A stretch of DNA of 63,591 bases, the filler included. It is 7 parts of 7 records of this genome, joined end to end, with 100 filler letters (N's around TTAATTAATTAA, not from the genome) between each part and the next. Parts side by side here need not be neighbours in the genome. Positions count along the whole stretch, not along the records: positions 37,327 to 44,416 come from SRR31156797_25066; positions 44,517 to 52,251 come from SRR31156797_25098; 5 more parts are not named here. One strand, 5' to 3'. Shown here one piece after another: positions 39,727 through 49,458 of the stretch; the first letter of the stretch is position 1; each line of letters starts with the position of its first letter. A program made the position numbers and the translations under genes. The notes below the pieces were generated by a model. It did not search any database. It saw only the letters and a program-made list of their open reading frames with translations, and was not told the origin of the DNA.

Positions 39727-41652
39727 TCATTCATTCTTAATCTCATCCGAAAAATCGAACATGTTTTTTACTTTTTTTGTCTTGCCACTTGAGTAAGTTA
39801 TTTCAAGCGAATCGGACAATAAAGCGGTATTTATATTTTCAATGGCTGTTAGGGTATCAACATAACTGATTTCAATAACTTCGTTATAAGCGGAATCCAG
39901 CCCGGTTGAGAATTCAACAATACCTTCATTGTTTGATAAGTGACTCACCAGGTACGACAAACGTTTTTTAACGGTAGTGTTTTTTCCTAAAGGAATGCTA
40001 ACACTTTTAATTTTATCGTCGGAGTATGAGTTGCGATAGTTAAATGTTCGCTCAAAAGGTGTAAACATTACCTTGCTGTATTCTTTCCGGGATAGATTAA
40101 AATATTCAGGTTCAACAGCAATTTCATAACCCAGATCGAAGTCTTTTGGACCTGCAGTTGTTTCAAAGGTGTATTTCTTAGTTTCAATAAGTTTCAAAAG
40201 GTCGGTATTCTTTTCAATCTTATCCGGGAAAAACAACTTTACAACTACGGGACAATCAAACTCCGAAATCATTCCTACGGCGTTTGTTTCTGCCTGAAGT
40301 AAATAGCTTAGGTAATTAAAATCATAACTGTCAAAAAAGTTTTCAAGTTTTAAAGCAACTCCATATACTGTTTCTACTTCGTTTGCAACTGAATTTAAAG
40401 TTTTCTTTTGGGGTGTAAATAATTGTTCCTGCAGTTTTTCTTCATTTAGAATACTATCGTCGTAATAAATTTTAACCCGATTATGTTTTACAAAAGTAGC
40501 TACACCATAAACACCCTCAACTCCTTTCATTTTATTGGCAAAGGCCTTCGAGCTACCATAACACTTAATGTTTTTTAGTCCCGACATGGAAAATGTTGCC
40601 GATTCGGCTATAATTTCTTTATCTGCCCATTTTAAATCGATGGTGGGAACTTCCCAAATATTTCCCATAAAAATACCTCCAGCAACCAGAAGAACAGTTG
40701 CAATTACAGGAAGTCGTTTTAGTCCGGATTGTTTATTAATACTTAACGTGTTTTGTGCCGGGCAAACCAATAAACAGTCTCCACACAAATTACAGTCTAC
40801 GTGTTTAACTGTTTTTACCGATGCAACATCAATTCCCTGAGGACACTTTTTGGTGCATAACTGACAGCTGGTACAAGTATTTTCGTCGCGTGTTATTTTC
40901 GCAATAGGTGTAAAATTGCTTTTTAATAACCTGATCTCGAGAATGTAGCCGCCTAAGCAGGCAGCGGATAATGGCCATATGTAGCTAACTGAAAGTCCGG
41001 CTTTTAATAACACGATGTAGACAAGTAATAGAGCTACAAAAAACACTGAAAATTTGAAAATATTGGAGATTGCCCCTAAAGGACAAATGTATTTGCACCA
41101 AAACAATCGAATAAAAACCGAACCTACTACAACCAAAACAATGGAAATAATGGCAAATAGTAGTACTACGTCGGTGTTAAACCCGGATGCAAGGGCAAAA
41201 TAAGGATCAAATTTTTTACAAAACAATTCGTTCGATTGTAATGTAAAATATAAGGTGATAAACAACAATATGTATTTTAACGAACGAAGAAGTTTATCTG
41301 TAATGCCTTTTATTGTATACCTGATTTTGAGCTTTTCTCCCAGACTTCCCAGCCATTCGCTAACTGTGCCTACCGGACAAATATAAGAGCAAAAAAGCTT
41401 ACTAAATACCAAAATGGCAAAGAATAGTAGAACTCCCATTACAATCTGAGCACTGGTCATTGTACACGACAAGGCTTGGTTTAAAAGGTAACTTCCCAGC
41501 GCCTGTAGTCCACCAAAGGGACAATAGGCTTCAAAGTCGGGGGCGGTAATCTTGGTAAGATTCGGGAAGAATGCTAAAATAAAAATAAAAGCTAATACTC
41601 CCCACTGGGCCATAAAACGTGGCCAGTTTGTACTTTTGGTTTTTAATTTCAT
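39727..41652 (-). CDS. NapH/MauN-like membrane 4Fe-4S protein with C-terminal HMA-like domains
   Basis: 'AYCPFGG', 'FCSYICPVG', 'WCKYICPLG', two CxxCxxCxxxCP motifs, then 'GLKNIKCYGSS'. Confidence 0.8.
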   Translation of the reverse strand: MKLKTKSTNWPRFMAQWGVLAFIFILAFFPNLTKITAPDFEAYCPFGGLQALGSYLLNQALSCTMTSAQIVMGVLLFFAILVFSKLFCSYICPVGTVSEWLGSLGEKLKIRYTIKGITDKLLRSLKYILLFITLYFTLQSNELFCKKFDPYFALASGFNTDVVLLFAIISIVLVVVGSVFIRLFWCKYICPLGAISNIFKFSVFFVALLLVYIVLLKAGLSVSYIWPLSAACLGGYILEIRLLKSNFTPIAKITRDENTCTSCQLCTKKCPQGIDVASVKTVKHVDCNLCGDCLLVCPAQNTLSINKQSGLKRLPVIATVLLVAGGIFMGNIWEVPTIDLKWADKEIIAESATFSMSGLKNIKCYGSSKAFANKMKGVEGVYGVATFVKHNRVKIYYDDSILNEEKLQEQLFTPQKKTLNSVANEVETVYGVALKLENFFDSYDFNYLSYLLQAETNAVGMISEFDCPVVVKLFFPDKIEKNTDLLKLIETKKYTFETTAGPKDFDLGYEIAVEPEYFNLSRKEYSKVMFTPFERTFNYRNSYSDDKIKSVSIPLGKNTTVKKRLSYLVSHLSNNEGIVEFSTGLDSAYNEVIEISYVDTLTAIENINTALLSDSLEITYSSGKTKKVKNMFDFSDEIKNE

Positions 41653-41743
41653 AATAATATACAATCGTTCAGATTGATTGGATAAAAGTAAACAATAAAA
41701 TACTTTATCTTTATTAAATCTAAATAAATAATGTTCTTGTTAA

Positions 41744-42109
41744 CTAAAACTTACCAAACGCATTGGTGCTGGAGAAATGGTATTTTTCATTTAACTCGAT
41801 TAGGAATTGTTGCTCCGTTAATTTCCTTTTATGAGCGAATGAAGCGGGTTTTGCATTTTTTCCCATTAATACACCAATTAATATGGCAGCTATAAATACA
41901 ACCGCAATTTGAAGGTATTTCGAAAAATCAATTTTCTTGTCAAATTCCTGGTTTATTTCATGCTTTTTTAGCAGAACTTTCTCGATTAAATCATCAGGGA
42001 CTGGGTTTGTACAATCCAATATGCTAAGAATTTGATCTGCTTCCGAAGCGTCCATTTTATTTCGGTGTTTGCTTTCTGATTTTGTATTTATTGAGCTGCG
42101 TACTTTCAC
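41744..42109 (-). CDS. Single-TM protein, putative anti-sigma factor
   Basis: Short N-domain, one TM ('IAVVFIAAILIGVLMG'); in the ECF cluster; start may be at 42055. Confidence 0.5.
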   Translation of the reverse strand: MKVRSSINTKSESKHRNKMDASEADQILSILDCTNPVPDDLIEKVLLKKHEINQEFDKKIDFSKYLQIAVVFIAAILIGVLMGKNAKPASFAHKRKLTEQQFLIELNEKYHFSSTNAFGKF

Positions 42110-42177
42110 TTGAATAGTTATTCTTGTGTATTAAGACGAGATTGAAATATAAATCCGGCGCGTAAAATGAAAAAAAG

Positions 42178-42690
42178 TTATTTTTCTTTTAGCAGATTTC
42201 TTCTGGAGCAGTTGGCTTTATTGCAGTATTGGCATTGATCTCCAACTTCCATCATTTCAATTAGGAGATCGTTAAGTAGCTCTTGCTGAGTGGAGTCGCA
42301 TACACTTTTTACATTCTGAAAATGTTTTACTGTCTGACGTTTTATGGCAGTATGGTAAGTTCCTAATTTTTCTGTAAGTTTTTTCATTTTTTCGTCAGAA
42401 GCAGCAGGAGATGAAAGTTCTTTTATCAGCTCGAAGTTTGTTTCGCACTGTATGTCAACAAGTATTTGGTAACTCCTGAATACTTTTTGGTCGAGTTCAA
42501 TAACCTGTTCAAATTGTTCTTCGTTGAGCATGAGGCGTTGTCTCAGGTACTCATCCGAACGGTAAACATCACCGGTTTCATTATTTTCTTTACTTGTTTG
42601 GTTCATAAACAAAAATGTAGCAAAAGCTGATAAGTTTATAAGCAGTAAGAAAATATTAAGCCACTTTATTGATTTTTGTTTCTTGTCCAT
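42178..42690 (-). CDS. Membrane-anchored periplasmic Spy/CpxP/CnrX-like heavy-metal sensor
   Basis: N-terminal TM, 'LMLNEEQ' and 'CDSTQQ' LTxxQ-like motifs, Cys-rich tail. Confidence 0.65.
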   Translation of the reverse strand: MDKKQKSIKWLNIFLLLINLSAFATFLFMNQTSKENNETGDVYRSDEYLRQRLMLNEEQFEQVIELDQKVFRSYQILVDIQCETNFELIKELSSPAASDEKMKKLTEKLGTYHTAIKRQTVKHFQNVKSVCDSTQQELLNDLLIEMMEVGDQCQYCNKANCSRRNLLKEK

Positions 42691-42694
42691 TTTG

Positions 42695-43261
42695 TCAGGA
42701 ATTATGTTTCAAATACTTTGTTAATTTCAATTTGAGATTTTTACGGGCACGGTATATCAGGGATTCTACCGAGTGTTCAGACATATCTAGTTTACTGCAA
42801 ATCTCTTTCTGCGACAGTCCTTCAAATTTATGTAGCAATAATACTTTTTTTTGGTTCTCCGGGAGTTGATCAATGAAACGATAAAGGTTGCTTATGTTTT
42901 CTTTGTATTCGAGTTGTTTTTCTGGATTGTTTTTTTCGATCAACAAGGGATTGTTTGGAATTACTTCTGGTTGATTTGTTTCGTTATTAACCCTTGCCGG
43001 ATTTTTTTTTCGTAGAAAACTTATTGTTTTATTGTATGCAATTTTATAAATCCATACCGTAAGATCATCCTCATATCTTACTGCATTACACGATTTGTAA
43101 ATTTCGAGAAAAACGTCTTGAAATATATCTTCAGCATCTTCAGTATTTTTTACTAACCTTATTGCGGTATTATAAACGAGACCTTTGTATTTGTTAATGA
43201 GAGCCCTGAAGGCCAGATCGTTGTTGAGCCTGATTTGTTCTATGAGTTGACTGTCGGTCAT
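42695..43261 (-). CDS. ECF RNA polymerase sigma factor
   Basis: 'DAEDIFQDVF', 'WIYKIAYN', 'LPENQK...EGLSQKEI', 'VESLIYRAR'. Confidence 0.93.
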   Translation of the reverse strand: MTDSQLIEQIRLNNDLAFRALINKYKGLVYNTAIRLVKNTEDAEDIFQDVFLEIYKSCNAVRYEDDLTVWIYKIAYNKTISFLRKKNPARVNNETNQPEVIPNNPLLIEKNNPEKQLEYKENISNLYRFIDQLPENQKKVLLLHKFEGLSQKEICSKLDMSEHSVESLIYRARKNLKLKLTKYLKHNS

Positions 43262-43276
43262 CTCTTAAGGCAGTTT

Positions 43277-43726
43277 TTAGTCTACTGTTACTTTATCCCC
43301 GGTTTTGTATATGTTCATTTCTTTTAGTGCAGCAATAGCTTCTTCCAGGGTTAAGAAAATATGCCCTTCTGTTTCATCCCATGTTTCACCTTTTGTAACC
43401 AGGAACTTCGAACAACCTTTTACTTCACTCATTCTAACACTTTCAAGTGCTTTCATTTTTATGCCATCAGCACTTATTAGAACCACTTTGGCCTTAATAG
43501 GTCGTGCTCGTATTGGCTCCATATCTGAACTAAGCTGAATCATTAATCCATAACATACTATTCCTTCTTTTACCCAATCAGGCACAACCGCCTTTAACTC
43601 ATCACTCATCTCTACTTTTTCTTCCTGGTAGGAATATGAAGCAACTTCGTCCGATTTTTTTGAAGAATTACAACTAAAAAGAGATAGGGAGGTTAAAACA
43701 ATTGATACAAAAGCCAGTTTTTTCAT
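43277..43726 (-). CDS. Hypothetical lipoprotein
   Basis: Lipobox 'LFSC'; 149 aa; 15 nt upstream of the ECF gene. Confidence 0.7.
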   Translation of the reverse strand: MKKLAFVSIVLTSLSLFSCNSSKKSDEVASYSYQEEKVEMSDELKAVVPDWVKEGIVCYGLMIQLSSDMEPIRARPIKAKVVLISADGIKMKALESVRMSEVKGCSKFLVTKGETWDETEGHIFLTLEEAIAALKEMNIYKTGDKVTVD

Positions 43727-44058
43727 TCATCAAAAGTTTAAAAAAATTAAAACATAATGTTAGAACACTTTAACGAAAGCACTGTTACCTAGTTTAATAG
43801 GTTATTGATTATAGGTTTAGTGCTGCGAAAATCGCAGTAAATGTAACAAATATGGATTAAAATAAACTTAATTGTGGAAATTTGTTACAGTAAACATTTA
43901 TGATTCCTGGGAGTCATCTTTGGGAATGAAAGTTTGTTTATCTGCTTTAATCCGAAGAGGAACTTTTCAATAAACCAGATGGCATCTGGATAACCTTCTT
44001 CCTCAAAAGGAAGACGGAAGATTAAGTGAATTAAATGTGCCTGAGCATCCAGCTCTTT

Positions 44059-44095
44059 AAAAAAAGCCATCACTCTAAAAAGAGAAATGGCTTTT
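44059..44095 (-). terminator. Terminator after tpiA
   Basis: AAAAGCCAT...ATGGCTTTT with an A-tract. Confidence 0.65.
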
Positions 44096-44117
44096 AATAT
44101 AGGATTATAGATATCTT

Positions 44118-44414
44118 TTAGAAACCGTTGATGATTCCGATAAAATCTTCAGCTTTTAATGATGCACCACCAATTAAACCTCCGTCAACATCTTTGTTGG
44201 CGAAAAGTTCGTTTGCATTGCTCGGCTTACAGCTACCACCGTAAAGAATAGAAGTACCTTCTGCAACTTCTTCTCCAAATTTGGCAGTAATAGCAGCACG
44301 GATATTAGCGTGCATGTCCTGAGCTTGTTCAGAGCTGGCAGTAACACCTGTTCCGATGGCCCAGATTGGTTCGTAAGCAATAACAGTTTTTTTGAAATCT
44401 TCAGCAGAAAGTTG
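44118..44414 (-). CDS. tpiA: Triosephosphate isomerase (3' part only)
   Basis: Frame open to the contig edge: '[11 protein letters not shown]', 'LYGGS', '[10 protein letters not shown]'. Confidence 0.96.
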   Translation of the reverse strand, partial: QLSAEDFKKTVIAYEPIWAIGTGVTASSEQAQDMHANIRAAITAKFGEEVAEGTSILYGGSCKPSNANELFANKDVDGGLIGGASLKAEDFIGIINGF

Positions 44415-44416
44415 GA

Positions 44417-44516
44417 NNNNNNNNNNNNNNNNNNNNNNNNNNNNNNNNNNNNNNNNNNNNTTAATTAATTAANNNNNNNNNNNNNNNNNNNNNNNNNNNN
44501 NNNNNNNNNNNNNNNN
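44417..44516. other. Artificial contig spacer
   Basis: N44-TTAATTAATTAA-N44. Confidence 0.99.
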
Positions 44517-46365
44517 GCAGGTTGGTCTGGTCGGCAATATCGCTGATCACACCCATAATATTACCGATACCATCGGCCTGCTTTCCAAGATCAGCCATAT
44601 CCTTCTGCATCTGATCGGACTGGACGCGGACCTGAGAAATGGTCTCAACCGCCTGTTCAACCTTCTCTTCGCCTTCCCCTGCTTTCTGCTGAGAAACATC
44701 AGCCAACTCTGCAGCAGTGGAAGCATTGCGCGCAACCTCGAAAACAGTAGAATTCATCTCATCCATAGCTGTCGCGGCCTCACTGGCCATAACCGACTGC
44801 TCCTCAGCGCCGCGGCTGGACTGCTCAACCTGTGCGGCCAGAGCTTCAGAGAAACCGGAAACCTGATTGGAAACTTCAGTGGCACTGGCGGCAGCTTCGG
44901 AAATCATAAGGTTGTTTTCCTCAATCTTACGCTGCTGTTCGCGGATTTCAGTCATATCCACCCACAATGCTACTGAACCGAGCAGAACTCCGTCCATGTC
45001 GTAAAAAGGAGTACTTGAAATCATTACACTTTTTACTTTACCCGAGAACGTCGTATATTCAAGTTCCTGCTGAATCTGTTTATTCTCTTCAATTGCCTGA
45101 TATGAAAGGGTCTTCCTATCCCGCTCACCATAAATAAACTCACCGGAAGTAACACCTTCAAGCTGATCAGGAGAGTGTCTGCTTTCAATCAAAGCGCACA
45201 ACTCCTTGTTAACCCAAATCATCTCATTATCGGGACCAACGATGGAACAAGGTAAAACAAGCCCTTTAAGTACCCCCTCGGAAAAACCGAGCTTATTCTT
45301 GAGCTCCGCTACCATATGATCAATATTTTCTGACAGGTCCTTAAGTTCGCAGACGTATTTACCGGTCAGTTCAGCTTTGAAATTACCATGGGCAATCTCA
45401 CTGGTAAAATCGCGAATGGTAGCCATGGGTCCGGTAACCTGTCTACGGATGGTAAAAACAATTACGCTTACAAGAATCAGGACCATCACGGTTCCCATTC
45501 CAATAAGGATATTACGCTCTTCAATTGCAGCTCTGGTCAAATCTGAAACATAGGCGGACATGCAGACCACCCAACCGGTGGAAGGCACGACCTGAAACAA
45601 CTGAATCTTGGCCCGGCCTTCCCAGTCATATTCGGTCTTGCCCTTAGAAGCGGCAAGACTGTCCTTCACAAACTGGAGATTTGAAACATCTTTTAAAATC
45701 AGCTTCTGATTCATTTTATGGGCAATAAAACGACCTTTACTATCCAACATATAGGCATAACCATCTTCACCGATAGAAATATCGCCGATCATCTCCATAG
45801 AATACTTCTGCCAGTCAACAGAAGAAAAGAACCCGCCAAGTAGCTTGCCCTGCTCATCACGAACCGGAACGGCCAGAACTACAATAAAACGATCATCCAA
45901 CGCAGATTTCAGAACTTCGGATACAGCAAAATTACTGCCATTCAAAATTTCCTGCACATATTTACGGGAACGTAGATTCGCATTCTCTGCAAGCTGTCCG
46001 CCAGACTTAAGACCGAAAACAATGCGCCCATCAGTACCGAAGGCTGCCAATGTTGCCAGCTTACTATTGTTACTCATCTTTTGTCTGAACTGCTTCAGTA
46101 TTCTTTCTCTGGATTCGTCATCTGTAAATGCATTCTGAAGGTCAGCACTATTGGCGTAATCTACAAGATCGCTTTTGGAAAGCTCCAAGAACTGTTCGAC
46201 TTCGTTTACTATTTTATTATTCAGAACCCCCATATTCTGCTCCTGAATACTTAGGACTGCAGAATTGGTCATGGAACTAACCACAAGAATAAAACAAGCG
46301 ACTGAGAGTGTAACTACTGCAGCAATCAATATCGAGAGCCCAGTATTAATGCTTTTAAATTTCAT
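44517..46365 (-). CDS. Methyl-accepting chemotaxis protein (dCache-HAMP-PAS-MA), 3' truncated
   Basis: 2 TM, 'GYAYMLDSKGRFIAH', PAS-like segment, '[10 protein letters not shown]'; start MKFKS at 46365. Confidence 0.92.
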
Positions 46366-46510
46366 CACTAACCCCTTATTGTTAACAACACACATACGCC
46401 ATTAATATGGCATTTTTGTTAACCGCATTTTATGCAATTCATATTATTTTCTATTTGCTACACTAAATTTATAATTGCCCACGAATTAAAGCAGCGACAA
46501 ACCCCATCTC

Positions 46511-46552
46511 AAAAAAAAGCCCCCATGCTTATTTCACAGCATGGGGGCTTTC
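46511..46552 (-). terminator. Rho-independent terminator
   Basis: AAAGCCCCCATGCT-loop-AGCATGGGGGCTTT with an A-tract. Confidence 0.85.
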
Positions 46553-46585
46553 TTATGCCACAGTCGCAACAATATCGTTACAATA

Positions 46586-48898
46586 TCAATTCTGCATACG
46601 CCCGATAATACCATCCAATTCCCTAGCCAAGCCGGACATCCGGCTGACCGCTTCAGCGGACTCATTCATAGCTTGTGCGGTTTCCCCGGCAATAGAATTA
46701 ATCTGTCCGGTAGAACGACTGATCTGTTCGCTGGCTGCGGACTGCTCTTCCGATGCAGTTGCAATGGAGCGAACCTGATCATTGGTTTCGGAAACCTTGT
46801 CCACAATATCCTTCAAAACATCACCGGACTGATTAATCAGGTCAGTAACGTCCATAATGGCCTCAGTAGATTTTTCCGTATTTTCAATATTCTTGCGGGC
46901 GCTGGCTTGGATATTGGAAATATATTCACCCACCTCATGAGTAGCGGTCATAGTCTTCTCTGCCAGCTTACGGACTTCATCGGCAACCACGGCAAAACCA
47001 CGCCCGGCATCACCGGCGCGAGCAGCTTCAATGGCAGCATTAAGCGCCAACAAGTTTGTCTGGTCGGCAATATCGCTGATAACACCCATGATGTTACCGA
47101 TTCCCTCGGCCTGTTTACCCAGATCGGCCATATCTTCCTGCAACTGTTCTGATTGTGAACGCACCTCAGTGATAGTCGAAACCGCATTGGCAACCATTCG
47201 CTCGCCTTCACCGGCCTTTTCCTGAGACTCGAGAGCAAGGTCTGCGGCAGAGGAGGCATTACGCGCGACTTCCAAAACAGTGGAATTCATTTCATCCATG
47301 GCAGTAGCTGCCTCACTTGCCATTACCGACTGCTCTTCCGCCCCACGGCTGGACTGCTCCACCTGCGCCGCAAGAGCTTCAGAAAAACTGGAAACCTGAT
47401 TGGAAACCTCGGTGGCACTGGCTGCCGCTTCGGAAATCATTATATTATTTTCCTCAATCTTTCTCTGTTGAGTGCGAATTTCCGTCACATCAAACCAAAT
47501 AGCCACGGAGCCCAACATCTGCCCATCCATATCGTAAAACGGGGTGGTCGAAACCATGATATTCTTATGTGTACCGGAAAAAGTTGTGTATTCAGTTTCC
47601 TGCTGAATCTGGCATTCTTCGGCTATTGCCTGCTGGGAAAGAGTTTTCCGACTCCTATCTCCAAAAAAGAACTCACCCGCAATCATTCCAACGGCATCTT
47701 CAGCTCTAAACCTGCTTTCAACCAGTTCACAAATCTGAGAGTTAATCCAGGCAATCTTTCCGTCCGGTCCGACAATGCAGCATGGAAGAACAAGTCCTTT
47801 AAGAACCCCTTCAGAAAAGCCGAGTTTATTTTTCAATTCCCCAACCATATGCTCAATATTAGTGGAAAGCTCCTTGAGTTCGCAGACAAACTTCCCGTTC
47901 AACTCTGCCTTCAAGTTGCCGGCGGCGATCTCTCCGGTAAAATTCCTAATACTCTCCATAGGTTTGGTCACCTGCCTGCGGATAACAAACACGATCAGGC
48001 CTACAAGAATAATAATCAGCAATAACCCCAATCCGCCAAGAACATTACGCTGCTGTGTGGCAGCCTCGGTCAGGTCGGACTCATAAGCGGATAAGCAGAC
48101 AACCCAGTCGGTCATTGGAACTCTGTTAAAAGAAATTACTTTTTGTTTATCTTCCCACTTATAAGAGAAAAACCCATCCTCCGCAGACAAGCTCTTGCGC
48201 ACAAAGTCGTAGGAGGAAATATCTTTCATAATAAGACTGTTATCTTTATGAGCGATGATATGCCCTTCGCGATCTAATATGAAAGCATACCCATGCTTTC
48301 CTATGCTGATATCACCGATCAATTTCTCGACATATTCTTCCCAATTGTAAACTAAAAAGACACCACCGAACGCCCTTCCGGTCATGTCTTTAATGGGGGC
48401 TGCAAATGCAAGATTATACCCTTTTGCTCCATCATATTTAAATAGATCTGAAACAGAATAATCCTTACCGCCAAGTATTTCCTGCAAATAGGGACGATTT
48501 TTAAGATCCATACCTTTAAGACTCTGTCCGGATTTGGTCCACCCGTAGACCACCTTCCCATTACGATCGATAACACCGATAGCATTGGCTCCTTCATGTT
48601 GGGCCAAAGCATCTTTAAGAGATTTGCTGGCACTGCTCAACGCGTATGAGTCTACAAAAGCACGGTAATATTCCTTATTTTTGGCAATAGTTTTCAAGTT
48701 GACAACTGCTCCGACTGCAAAAGTTTCTATCTGCTGTCCGAGTTCATTATTAAGCACTTCCATGTTCTGCTTCTGTATATTATAAACAGCAGATCTGGTC
48801 ATTGTGTTGACTACCAGAATCAAAGATATAATAGCCACAAACACAACAACTGCTATCAATATAGCTACCCTGCTATTTATACTCTTCAATTTAACCAT
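46586..48898 (-). CDS. Methyl-accepting chemotaxis protein (dCache-HAMP-PAS-MA)
   Basis: '[35 protein letters not shown]'; start MVKLKS at 48898 with RBS. Confidence 0.96.
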   Translation of the reverse strand: MVKLKSINSRVAILIAVVVFVAIISLILVVNTMTRSAVYNIQKQNMEVLNNELGQQIETFAVGAVVNLKTIAKNKEYYRAFVDSYALSSASKSLKDALAQHEGANAIGVIDRNGKVVYGWTKSGQSLKGMDLKNRPYLQEILGGKDYSVSDLFKYDGAKGYNLAFAAPIKDMTGRAFGGVFLVYNWEEYVEKLIGDISIGKHGYAFILDREGHIIAHKDNSLIMKDISSYDFVRKSLSAEDGFFSYKWEDKQKVISFNRVPMTDWVVCLSAYESDLTEAATQQRNVLGGLGLLLIIILVGLIVFVIRRQVTKPMESIRNFTGEIAAGNLKAELNGKFVCELKELSTNIEHMVGELKNKLGFSEGVLKGLVLPCCIVGPDGKIAWINSQICELVESRFRAEDAVGMIAGEFFFGDRSRKTLSQQAIAEECQIQQETEYTTFSGTHKNIMVSTTPFYDMDGQMLGSVAIWFDVTEIRTQQRKIEENNIMISEAAASATEVSNQVSSFSEALAAQVEQSSRGAEEQSVMASEAATAMDEMNSTVLEVARNASSAADLALESQEKAGEGERMVANAVSTITEVRSQSEQLQEDMADLGKQAEGIGNIMGVISDIADQTNLLALNAAIEAARAGDAGRGFAVVADEVRKLAEKTMTATHEVGEYISNIQASARKNIENTEKSTEAIMDVTDLINQSGDVLKDIVDKVSETNDQVRSIATASEEQSAASEQISRSTGQINSIAGETAQAMNESAEAVSRMSGLARELDGIIGRMQN

Positions 48899-49012
48899 AG
48901 ATCCCTCTCTAAGACGTTTTAATTTACAAATCATCCCCATACACTTAAAGAAAATAAAATCAAACACGTAAGCACTTACTGATAAAAAAACAAAATTATA
49001 AGTAAAATTATC

Positions 49013-49050
49013 AAAAAAAAGACCCCGAACTGCATAACCAGTCCGGGGCC
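49013..49050 (-). terminator. Rho-independent terminator
   Basis: A-tract followed by CCCCGAACTG...CAGTCCGGGG. Confidence 0.65.
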
Positions 49051-49069
49051 CTTACAACGTAAGGAGTCT

Positions 49070-49306
49070 TTATTTTGATTTATTATAATCGTCCAACAAT
49101 CCGTTCATCTTATTAAGCAATTCGCCTCGTTCCTGCGCTACTTTTTTCCACTTCTTTTTCTCACTTTTCAAAGCCTCGATAGTATGCAACAGGTCCTGAA
49201 TAGTGTTGGCTGGATAGCCATGCTTGGCATAGCTTCCCTTGCGAAGCTCTTCATCATTTCTCTGGCGCAGAGCGCGTAACTGGCTGGCTGATAATATCAT
49301 ACTCAT
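49070..49306 (-). CDS. Small hypothetical coiled-coil protein
   Basis: 78-aa ORF with its own downstream terminator. Confidence 0.65.
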   Translation of the reverse strand: MSMILSASQLRALRQRNDEELRKGSYAKHGYPANTIQDLLHTIEALKSEKKKWKKVAQERGELLNKMNGLLDDYNKSK

Positions 49307-49394
49307 ATGCTGTTAATGGTTCGAGTCAGTACACAAATTACATTCTGAAAACTTCCAACGCAAGCACTTATAAAACAATATAAAGGCGTATAAG

Positions 49395-49428
49395 AAAAAA
49401 GGTCCGGAAAATCACTTTCCCGGACCTT
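49395..49428 (-). terminator. Terminator after nrdD
   Basis: AAGGTCCGGAAA...TTCCCGGACCTT with an A-tract. Confidence 0.8.
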
Positions 49429-49458
49429 AAAATTATCAGTCTGTGTACCGGAGCTGAA

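Noticed and set aside
43885-44073. 62-aa ORF downstream of tpiA
   Set aside because: Its start lies inside the terminator hairpin and it has no recognisable features; not fully excluded.
46541-48086. Several + strand ORFs of 60-200 aa
   Set aside because: Antisense to the MCP; a common artefact.
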